Under the pieces are notes generated by a model. The model did not search any database, was not told the origin of the DNA, and worked only from the letters and a program-made list of their open reading frames with translations. The translations under genes and the position numbers were made by a program. Of a stretch of 64,000 nt of DNA, positions 10,441-20,420 are shown piece after piece. Numbering within the stretch: position 1 is the stretch's first letter; the number at the start of each line of letters is the position of its first letter. Source of the stretch: Macrostomum hystrix (taxonomy: Eukaryota; Animalia; Platyhelminthes); assembly GCA_950097015.1 (NCBI GenBank), contig CATNEN010000038.1:23436001-23500000 (forward strand), given 5' to 3'.

Positions 10441-11705
10441 AATGGGACAGAAAATCAGCTTTGAGCGAGCGGTAGCAGAGGGGAAGGACACAAAAGTTCG
10501 AAGTCACCTGAACTCAATCGAAAGCATATTAAGACGAGATCAGCTGTGTGAACTGAATTGGTGTCGTGCAGTAAGACACGGTCAATGGGACATTGTGAAG
10601 CTTCTGGTGCAGTCGGTTGCTGACCAAACAATGAGAGATCAGTGCTGCAAGGAGGCTGCGGAATTGGCTGCATGGAATGGTCAGTGGGAAGTGGTCACAT
10701 TTTTGGTGCAATCAGTTGCTGACCAAACACTGAGAGATCAGTGCTGCAAGGAGGCTGCGGAATTGGCTGCAATCTATGGTCAGTGGGAAGTGGTCAAATT
10801 CTTGGTGCCGACAGTTGCAAACAGAAAACTGAGAGATCAGTGCTGCAAGGAGGCTGCGAATTTGCTGCTTACACTGGTCAGTTGGAAGTGGTCAAATTTT
10901 TCGTGCCGAAAGTTGCTGACCAAACCCTGAGAGATCAGTGCTGCAAGGAGGCTGCGGAATCTGCTGCAAGGAATGGTCAGTTGGAAGTGGTCAAATTTTT
11001 TTTGTCGACAGTTGAAGACCAAACACTGAGAGATCAGTGCTGCAAGGAGGCTGCGGAATCTGCTGCAAGGAATGGTCAGTTAGAAGTGGTCAAATTTATT
11101 GTGGCGGCAGTTGAAGACGAAAATGTAAAAGAAAGTTTTCGTTTTGCCTTTGCTGTCGCGGCTTGCTCTCATCTCCACGAAGATGTCGTCGCCTTCCTTG
11201 GTCTTCAGCCAGAGTGGCTCGTCCAGTCCAGCCAAGTCCTCAGCTTCACCGCCTCGATGGCCTTTGTGGGCAGGAACTCTGTTCTCAGCCAGACTCTGTC
11301 TCGAATGCAGCCAGCCCAGATCACACAGCTGCTGTGCGTCTCCATCTCCCATGGCCATGTCGCACTGGCTCTCACACTTATGAATGATGAGCGATTCAGC
11401 AGAGAAAATGTCGATCTGCCAGACGGCACAGGAGCCACTGCTCTCATGCTGGCAGCTGATGCAGGTCATCACGAGCTCATTGAGAGGCTGATGGATCTCG
11501 GTGCGTCAGTGCGAGCTGAAGACAGTCAGGGTCGGACAGCTCTGTCGCGAGCTTGTGAAGCGGGTCACGTGCGAGCAGCCAAGACTTTGATGGACAGAGG
11601 AGCGGATGCGAGTCATCGTGACTGTCGGGGCCACACGTGCGTGCAGGTGGCGGAGCAGCTGGGACATCAACAGGTGCTGCGACTGCTGGAGAACCGAATG
11701 TCGAT
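10431..11705 (+). CDS. Ankyrin-repeat exon of ankyrin-cGLR gene, with a 1-nt frameshift near 10858
   Basis: Six 33-aa repeats of type RDQCCKEAAExAAxxGQxEVVKF (99-bp period), a linker, then about 3-4 canonical ankyrin repeats (GATALMLAADAGH, GRTALSRACEAGH, GHTCVQVAEQLGH). ORFs 10442-10930 and 10741-11709 are the two sides of the frameshift. Donor AT|GTGAGT at 11706. Confidence 0.85.
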
Positions 11706-11825
11706 GTGAGTCCGGTCTCATGTTATGGGTTTATAAACTACTGTTTTAGTTCTTGAAAACTTGATAAGGTAATATTACAAGAAAACCTATGCTATAATAG
11801 TTAATCTAGTTTTTTAATCCTTCTC

Positions 11826-12243
11826 TGCCTCCTCTGACCCTTCATCCAGCCTCCTCTCGCCCTTCATCCAGCCTCCTCTCACCCTTCATCCAGCCTCCTC
11901 TCACCCTTCATCCAGCCTCCTCTCACCCTTCATCCAGCCTCCTCTGATCCTTCATCCAGCCTCCTCTGACCCTTCATCCAGCCTCCTCTGACCCTTCATC
12001 CAGCCTCCTCTGACCCTTTATCCAGCCTCCTCTGACCCTTTATCCAGCCTCCTCTGACCCTTCATCCAGCCTCTTCTGATCCTTCATCCAGCCTCCTCTG
12101 ACCCTTCATCCAGCTTCCTCTGATCCTTCATCCAGCCTCCTCTCACCCTTTATCCAGCCTCCTCTGACCCTTCATCCAGCCTCCTCTGACCCTTTATCCA
12201 GCCTCCTCTCACCCTTTATCCAGCCTCTTCTGACCCTTCACAG
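11826..12243. repeat. Minisatellite, 22-nt unit, intronic
   Basis: Tandem CCTCCTCTGACCCTTCATCCAG. Confidence 0.95.
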
Positions 12244-12377
12244 ATCAGAGATCACATGAATACTTGATCCACGCTGGAAAAATTTTTGAATGAAGCAGTG
12301 GAGCATCATAGCTCTGAAATCTTGATGAAGCTGCAGCTTCATTTTACTTGATTGATTTTTTCTCCTGAACTTTTCAG

Positions 12378-12887
12378 CGACTCAAGGGCCCGCGAGGCAG
12401 CCGGACTCTGCACCGAATCGGGTCTCACTGCGTGAGCTGCTGATTCTGTTGGTCAGCTTGAGATGCCAGTCTGTGCAGGTGTACAATCCATCAGCTGACT
12501 CAATTCCTCATCATTCCAGGCTCCGAGACGACTCGCAGCGGGACAGGCAGCTCAGTGAGGATCTGCACCGACTGCTCAGCGAGGCGGGATTCACTCAGGA
12601 GAGAGCAAAGTGTCAGCAGGCAATGGCTGACTGGCTGCAAGGAGTCGCTCAAATGCTCAACCAGAACGCGGATGTGCGGATGACAGGCAGCTACGCAGAG
12701 GGCTGGGCCAACAGTCTGGTGCAAGTAAACGGCAGGACAGCGGCTGACTCAGATATTGACTGGACTGTGCTGGTTCAAGGGCAAGAGCTGCATCTGGAGG
12801 GCCGCTGCGAAGGGATATATGGAAGCTGCGAAGGTGCCACGAAGCTACGTGTCACAGAGGGTCACGCGCAGGTGGCAGTGGGGTCAG
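12378..12887 (+). CDS. Mab-21/cGAS-like nucleotidyltransferase, N-lobe exon (GS and DxD motifs)
   Basis: Acceptor TTTTCAG|12378. A long helix is followed by MTGSYAEG (GS at 12686-12691) and DSDIDWTV (D-I-D at 12752-12760), the pol-beta-type NTase signature of Mab-21 proteins. Donor TCAG|GTGAAT, phase 1. The exact 5' boundary is uncertain. Confidence 0.85.
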
Positions 12888-13007
12888 GTGAATGACATCT
12901 GATGGTTCATGTCTTTTATCTCATTAGTTTAATAATGCAATATTTGATAACAAATTAGAAGCAAATATATCAATAAGTATAATCAGATAACCAGTTAAAC
13001 CGATTTA

Positions 13008-14112
13008 AACTCAACTGTCACACCACAACTCAGCTGTCACACCACAACTCAACTGTCACACCACAACTCAGTAACCACACCACAACTCAGCTGTCACACC
13101 ACAACTCAACTGTCACACCACAACTCAGTAACCACACCACAACTCAGTAACCACACCACAACTCAGTAACCACACCACAACTCAGTAACCACACCACAAC
13201 TCAGTAACCACACCACAACTCAGTAACCACACCACAACTCAGTAACCACACCACAACTCAGCTGTCACACCACAACTCAGCTGTCACACCACAACTCTGC
13301 TGTCACACCACAACTCAGCTGTCACACGACAACTCAACTGTCACACCACAACTCAACTGTCACACCACAACTCAACTGCACACCACAACTCAACTGTCAC
13401 ACCACAACTCAACTGCCACACCACAACTCAACTGCCACACCACAACTCAACTGCCACACCACAACTCAACTGCCACACCACAACTCAGCTGCCACACCAT
13501 AACTCAACTGCCACACCATAACTCAACTGCCACACCACAACTCAACTGTAACACCACAACTCAACTGCCACACCACAACTCAGCTGCCACACCACAACTC
13601 AACTGCCACACCACAACTCAACTGTCACACCACAACTCAGCTGCCACACCACAACTCAACTGTCACACCACAACTCAACTGTCACACCACAACTCAACTG
13701 CCACACCATAACTCAACTGTCACACCACAACTCAACTGTCACACCACAACTCAACTGCCACACCACAACTCAACTGCCACACCACAACTCAACTGTCACA
13801 CCACAACTCAGCTGCCACACCACAACTCAACTGTCACACCACAACTCAACTGTCACACCACAACTCAACTGCCACACCATAACTCAACTGTCACACCACA
13901 ACTCAACTGTCACACCACAACTCAACTGCCACACCACAACTCAACTGCCACACCACAACTCAACTGTCACACCACAACTCAACTGTCACACCATAACTCA
14001 ACTGTAACACCACAACTCAACTGTCACACCACAACTCAACTGCCACACCACAACTCAACTGTCACACCACAACTCAACTGTCACACCACAACTCAACTGT
14101 CACACCACAACT
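13008..14112. repeat. Minisatellite, 19-nt unit, intronic
   Basis: Tandem CACCACAACTCAACTGTCA. Confidence 0.95.
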
Positions 14113-14325
14113 TAGTCACTATGGCGTGTGCCCTATCCCCTTTTACCTTGGGATCAGCTCCGCGAAACTTTATTTCGTAATTATTGTTTTTTTTATTTGA
14201 GTTTAATTGTCATTGAATTAGGCTGAAAACGTAAACTTTAGTAACTATATTATTCAACTAATTACGTTTAAGTTACTCATAAACTTATCAGTTAAATCTT
14301 ATTTACTGTTGTCCGCTCACTGCAG

Positions 14326-15773
14326 GCAGCCAACCTGCCGTCTCAGCCAAAGCATTCGGTGTGCGGCCTGCTCAGGACACGTGCCATGCGATAAATTGCT
14401 GCCACTACTACTGTGAGAACATGATAATAAAAAAGATCAGACAAAATAAGTCGAGCACATGCAATGCATACTACTACTCTGTTCAACTCGTAAGGGCGAC
14501 CAGACCAAACTCGACCAATGAGCTCAGAGTGAGCTTCAGCTTCCAGGAGAAAGAGGCCATGAGACAGCTGAGCACAGTCCAAGGACAGCTGTTCTCAATC
14601 ATCAAGTTCGTCTTCAAGAGACATTTGCCACTCACTCTGGACACACCTGGACTCAAGACCTACCATGCAAAGACACTGCTCTTCTTCATGCTGGAGAAGC
14701 ATGGCACAGACTCTGAAGCGTGGCAGCCTCAGAATCTGATCTCACTGCTGAAGAAGTCTCTCGAGATGATGCTGAACTTCATCGACTCAAGCAGCTCACC
14801 CGATGAGTGCATGCCGCACTTCTTGATGTCAGACGCTCCGCTCTACTTCAAGAACGCTGGAATCGGCGGCGACTTCGACAACACGCAGGCGAGGGTTCGA
14901 GACCGACTGAGAGAGCTGAGAAGCGATATCAGCGGAGTGGTTGAGCACATTAGAAGACTCGTGAGACCTCTGCAGTCAGAGAATTTCTACTTTCATCCGT
15001 TCAGTCTGCTGCCACTGACAGCGCCACCAGCTGTCACTCAGAGAAGAGAAGAATCAGCTGATAATAGTTTGGAGGTGTCAGCTCGCATGTACAGTGTGGT
15101 GCACCATTGCGTTCGCGAGCTGCAGTCAGAGTCTGCAGACAGAGATATTATGATGAGGCAGCTCAGTCTCCTGCATCAGCTGCGGTGGTGCAAGTGCGCC
15201 GCCCTGTGCATGACCGCCGTGGCGCGTTTGAAGTTCGGAGACTCCGAGGAGGCTGAGAAACTCGCGATGGAGCTTCAGAGTCACAGAGTTCGGAGTGGAA
15301 TGAGGCCTGGTGATGTCGGAGATTCGCTGCCTTCAGATTCGGACTGGGCGTGGAGGTTCTGCCTCCCCGCAGACACTCCGCCTCGATTCCCATTCCTTCC
15401 CGAGTTCACGCAGACTCTGCTCACAGACAGACTGTCGCAGCCTCGCTCTGAGCACCTGTACGTGAACTTCCGCTGCCTGAGCTGGAGTCTCCAAGCTGAG
15501 CTGCTCCGCAATCGCACAGTAATCGACTTCGACGCGTGGCTCTCAGAGCTGCAAGAGGACCCGGACTTGGAGGAGCTGCTCACTCTGGCTCACTACAGCG
15601 ACCAAGTTGAGCACGTGGAGTTCAGCCTGCGACAGATGGAGACCGTCAGGGACGAGAGACGCGTCGCCATGGAGACGCAGGATGAGGAGAAGATCCGCTG
15701 GGTCAGGGAGAAGTTGGAGCGACTCCGCGAGCGTACAGTTCAACTCGAAAGCGGCATTGGCGAGAGCATCTGA
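14326..15773 (+). CDS. Mab-21/cGAS-like receptor (cGLR) terminal exon: third Asp, Mab-21 C-lobe, helical C-terminal extension
   Basis: Acceptor TGCAG|14326 is phase-compatible with the previous exon. QDTCHAI (third Asp, 14376), LRVSFSFQEKEAM, LKTYHAKTLLFFMLE, WQPQNL and CMPHFL match the Mab-21 motifs RxSFSxxE, SYHLKT and PHYF. Stop TGA at 15771-15773. Confidence 0.9.
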
Positions 15774-16127
15774 GGCCAGGCAAATCAATCCCAGGGGCAG
15801 CCTCCATTTTGACCAATCAGCTCTGACCAATCACCATCCACTCTGACCAATCAGTCTCAAGTGAATATAGTTCAAGTTGTTCAACTGTTGGTTAATTTTT
15901 GGTCTGTGTTTCGCAATTGAATGTAAAAGTGCTTGCTGGCTGGTTGCTGAGAACCGTTGCTAAGCAGCATGTTTTTTTCTGACGCGCAGTTGTTGGCTTT
16001 TTTTAGTTTGCACTTGTTTGCACATTTTCCAGCACCGTTTCTCAATAGCTCCTTATATTTTATTTTGTATCAATAGCCTAATAGGTTATTTAGTTTTCGT
16101 CTGCAACTAATTTTGACTTTTCATAAC

Positions 16128-16553
16128 ATGTCTATAGATCTGTTAACTTGAGCTGATGTCTATATATCTGCTAACTAGAGCTGATGTCTATAGATATGCT
16201 AACTAGAGCTGATGTCTATAGATCTGCTAACTAGAGCTGATGTCTATAGATATGCTAACTAGAGCTGATGTCTATAGATCTGCTAACTAGAGCTGATGTC
16301 TATAGATATGCTAACTAGAGCTGATGTCTATAGATCTGCTAACTAGAGCTGATGTCTATAGATATGCTAACTAGAGCTGATGTCTATAGATCTGCTAACT
16401 AGAGCTGATGTCTATAGATATGCTAACTAGAGCTGATGTCTATAGATCTGCTAACTAGAGCTGATGTCTATAGATATGCTAACTAGAGCTGATGTCTATA
16501 GATCTGCTAACTAGAGCTGATGTCTATAGATCTGCTAACTAGAGCTGATGTCT
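16128..16553. repeat. Minisatellite, 28-nt unit (56-nt higher order)
   Basis: Tandem GTCTATAGAT(C/A)TGCTAACTAGAGCTGAT. Confidence 0.95.
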
Positions 16554-16902
16554 CTGAAGGAGAAAGATGATGATGGCGAGCTTTGGAAGTAGCAGATGTC
16601 GGGCAGATGAACAAGTTTGGAGCACAGACAAATAAATAACTCGTTAAAGCTTTTCTTACCGGGAGGGATCGAACGCTGCACTCATTACAATCGAAGTGTC
16701 TCAGGCTACGAAATTTATTCTATAACAATCGTTCGCGCCTAACCTCCTATTTAAGTTATTGCTCTAACTCAAGACAGCGTTCTCAAGGTACTACTCGGGC
16801 GGAGCGGCGCTGGTAAGCTGGCCACGGGCAGCGCGCGCGAATAAATAACAGCGTGGGGTGGGGGGGCGAGAGCATAGGGCTGGACGGGGCAGAGCGGAGC
16901 AA

Positions 16903-17488
16903 CGCAGGGCTGGGGGTGGGGTTAAGCCACGCAGGGCTGGGGGTGGGGTTAAGCCACGCAGGGCTGGGGGTGGGGTTAAGCCACGCAGGGCTGGGGTGGG
17001 GTTAAGCCACGCAGGGCTGGGGTGGGGTTAAGCCACGCAGGGCTGGGGGTTGGGTTAAGCCACGCAGGGCTGGGGGTGGGGTTAAGCCACGCAGGGCTGG
17101 GGGTTGGGTTAAGCCACGCAGGGCTGGGGGTTGGGTTAAGCCACGCAGGGCTGGGGGTTGGGTTAAGCCACGCAGGGCTGGGGGTTGGGTTAAGCCACGC
17201 AGGGCTGGGGGTTGGGTTAAGCCACGCAGGGCTGGGGGTTGGGTTAAGCCACGCAGGGCTGGGGGTGGGGTTAAGCCACGCAGGGCTGGGGGTTGGGTTA
17301 AGCCACGCAGGGCTGGGGGTTGGGTTAAGCCACGCAGGGCTGGGGGTTGGGTTAAGCCACGCAGGGCTGGGGGTGGGGTTAAGCCACGCAGGGCTGGGGG
17401 TTGGGTTAAGCCACGCAGGGCTGGGGGTGGGGTTAAGCCACGCAGGGCTGGGGGTTGGGTTAAGCCACGCAGAGCTGGGGGTGGGGGC
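16903..17488. repeat. G-rich minisatellite, 27-nt unit
   Basis: Tandem GGGTTAAGCCACGCAGGGCTGGGGGTT. Confidence 0.95.
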
Positions 17489-17816
17489 AAAGCTCACAGG
17501 GTCGAGAGCCGAGAGAGAGAGAGAGCAAAGGAGGAAGGCTAGCCAATCAGAAATCTCCTTGGCGAGAGACCTGATTGTGCTAGCACCCAAAGCGAAGACG
17601 GCGCAGGGGGCAGCCAATGGGCGAGCGAAAAACAAAGATAAAGAAGGGTAGGCTAAGATGGGGCCGGGTAAAACTGGATTGAGCAGGTGATTATGGGTGG
17701 AAGGGTAAGAGAACGCAGGGGTCGGGGCAAGGGCATTGTGAGACGCAGCTCACAACACTTACTATTTCTAAGTAAGGCAGTAGAGCAGTTGGAAAAAATC
17801 TAAAAATATCTACTGG

Positions 17817-18310
17817 GCATTGACTCCTCTCTCCATTGACTGCTCTCTCCATTGACTGCTCTCTCCATTGACCCCTCTCTCCATTGACTGCTCTCTCCAT
17901 TGACCCCTCTCTCCATTGACTGCTCTCTCCATTGACTGCTCTCTCCATTGACTGCTCTCTCCATTGACCCCTCTCTCCATTGACCCCTCTCTCCATTGAC
18001 TGCGCTCTCCATTGACCCCTCTCTCCATTGACCCCTCTCTCCATTGACCCCTCTCTCCACTGACCCCTCTCTCCATTGACTGCGCTCTCCATTGACCCCT
18101 CTCTCCATTGACCCCTCTCTCCATTGACTGCTCTCTCCATTGACCCCTCTCTCCATTGACCCCTCTCTCCATTGACTGCTCTCTCCATTGACTGCTCTCT
18201 CCATTGACTGCTCTCTCCATTGACTGCTCTCTCCATTGACCCCTCTCTCCATTGACCCCTCTCTCCATTGACTGCTCTCTCCATTGACTGCTATCTCCAT
18301 TGACCCCTCT
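17817..18310. repeat. Minisatellite, 16-nt unit
   Basis: Tandem CTCTCTCCATTGAC(TG/CC). Confidence 0.95.
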
Positions 18311-18654
18311 CCTATTAACCCCAATCTTCCCCTGACCCCTTCTCTCTTAATGACCCGTATCTCCCACTAGTCCCCTCTATGAACTGATCCCTTGTCAATT
18401 CGATGACTATTTAATTAATGCACCCTGCCTTATTTTTTCAGATTTTCAGCAGGTCCTTCTCGCTGAAAGGTAACGACAGACAACGCTACAGGCACTTATT
18501 TCTAAATGAAATATTTAAAATATTTTTCCTATATTTCGAAGCGAAACATTCGCGACTCTGAACCTGTGTGAACCTGTGTGATGAAAATGATGTCATATTA
18601 CTGATTATGTAACAGCATTAGTGAACTGATTTGGCATATTTTGGTGAAGAAATG

Positions 18655-18748
18655 GTGAAAATCGGTTGAGCCGTTCGGGAGAAAATCAATTACAACCAAC
18701 CAACCAACCAACCAACCAAGCAAGCATTTCATTTTTAATATAGTGGAT
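18655..18748 (+). mobile_element. Terminus of non-autonomous Helentron/DINE-1-like (HINE) element
   Basis: GAAAATCGGTTGAGCCGTTCGGGAG, then a (CAAC)n microsatellite, then TTTCATTTTTAATATAGTGGAT. This order resembles DINE-1/HINE ends as recalled. The other end was not identified. Confidence 0.45.
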
Positions 18749-19344
18749 GTCCCTGAAAGTAGTACATGACAATAATGGTCTGCGGTCTAACAGATGCTTT
18801 TTATTGAAAAATATTTCTGACGTGCAAAATTGTAAATCAAACTACCACAGTCGCAATTTGAAGGAACACTCGCCATAAAAGTACATTTGTTATAATGCAA
18901 AAATTATGTGGCATGTGACAGGCCTTGAGTTGAATATGTAAATAATAATGGAATTAATGAATGCAAGTTTTGGCTTCAAGTTTAACACTAGGAAGATAAA
19001 ACTGGAGGAAATGAAAATTAAAGTACTTTATTTCAAAGCAGAAAAACAAGGCTTGTGTGTGGCTTGAAAAGTACGTCCAGCCCTGCTTTGCTTTCAAGAA
19101 AAGCAGAGAGATAGCATTGTGATAAGCCAGATTTTATGTTTGGTTAGTTGACACAGCCAGGTACTAAAAGTAATGTACACAGTGCTGCTTTATCTATTAA
19201 CTTAGTTGTAGAATAGTTTTTTCAGCGACAAAAATTGGATCAGTTATTGAGCTTTGGAATCTTTAAAAACTGATGGCTTGCTGCCGGAGTTGTTTACCTG
19301 CACTTGCGGTCTTTTTCCAGGAATTTCTTCTGTAGAAAGACATA

Positions 19345-19435
19345 TGTGAAGGTCCAGGGTTCAATTCCTGACACAACCTCTGCATTGCTTCAGTTCACCC
19401 AGCTGTTAAATGGGTACCAGCATTAGCTGGGGTAA
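19345..19435 (+). mobile_element. SINE fragment (tRNA B-box plus conserved core)
   Basis: GGTTCAATTCC B-box (19358-19368) then CACCCAGCTGTTAAATGGGTACCAGCATTAG, similar to the tail of the copy at 19478-19608. Confidence 0.55.
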
Positions 19436-19477
19436 TTCATGGTAAGTGTGGCGTCCACCAGTAAATGTAGACTATAT

Positions 19478-19608
19478 CCTAATGCTAGTATCCATTTTAC
19501 AACCAGGAGAACTTAGAGTAATGATGAAGTGTCTTGCTTGAGAATACAAATTCCCCATTGAGCTGAGATTCGAACTCCGGACCTTTTTGGTTAGGAATCC
19601 GAACCTCC
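19478..19608 (-). mobile_element. V-SINE-like fragment
   Basis: Minus strand reads GGTCCGGAGTTCGAATC (B-box), TGTATTCTCAAGCAAGACACTT (V-domain-like) and GTTGTAAAATGGATACTAGCATTAG. Confidence 0.55.
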
Positions 19609-19785
19609 GAAATTTAGAAAAAAGAATCTGGCATTGGTTATCTGCTATACTAAATTCGTTTCTTGGTTCTTAACTTGGTTTGGCATCAATTGATCAGTAC
19701 CTGTAACTTGCTAACATCCTAATTAGATAGGTAAATTTGTCAGAACAAAAAGATCCATATGCCAAACTCAGTCAATGACAAACTA

Positions 19786-20420
19786 CTAATAGTAGACAAG
19801 GCTTGCGTGATGCTCCCATGCCGCGTATTCCGAGAATTCAGTCACGTGAGCAAAGCTCGGCCGATAGCTGCTAGTGAATCTTTCAAACTGGTCCACTGGC
19901 AGCCTGTCTGTAATCTTGCTGCCCCTGATCTTCTTCTTAGAGCTGGACTTCACCGCTGCCACACGATAGTTCTGCCCGTTGCCGTTGTCCCAGAACGTCT
20001 GGCCAAGATTGGCCGCTTCAAAGCCGACGCAAAATTCAAAGTCAATAGCCGGCTTCGGGCAGGGAAAGGAGAAGGTGAAGCTGTCGCTGGTGCTGCCCTC
20101 GGATCCGGGACAGTAGGTGGCGTCGAAGTCTTTGTAGCTGCTCCAGGAGTCGAAGGTGGCCCGAACAAAGACTCGCTTGTCGAAGCAGACATTCTTGACT
20201 CCGATGATGCCTAGAGCTGTCCAACCTTCGAAGTGCAGGCCGCTGAGGCAGACGCAGTTGCGCTCGAGATTCTCGCGGAACAGGATGTATCGCGAGCCGG
20301 GCTGCTCAAATCTGCACTCGAATCGGCAGCGATCCTCCGCCCCCGCGCTGGAGCCCTCTGTCTCACTGTCTGATGCCGAGTCAATCGCCGATTGTGCTGT
20401 CTTGAAGGCCGCCAAAATGT
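19786..20420 (-). CDS. PPP1R3: PP1 glycogen-targeting regulatory subunit, exon 2 (CBM21 domain)
   Basis: FEQP...VCLS...GIIGVKNVCFDKRVFVRATFDSW...FWDNGNGQNYRV are CBM21 motifs. Acceptor CCAG|20420, phase 1. Stop TAG at 19788-19786. The symbol denotes the family only. Confidence 0.92.

Noticed and set aside
16903-17488. Telomeric repeat (GGGTTA within the unit)
   Set aside because: Only one hexamer per 27-nt unit, not a TTAGGG tandem tract.
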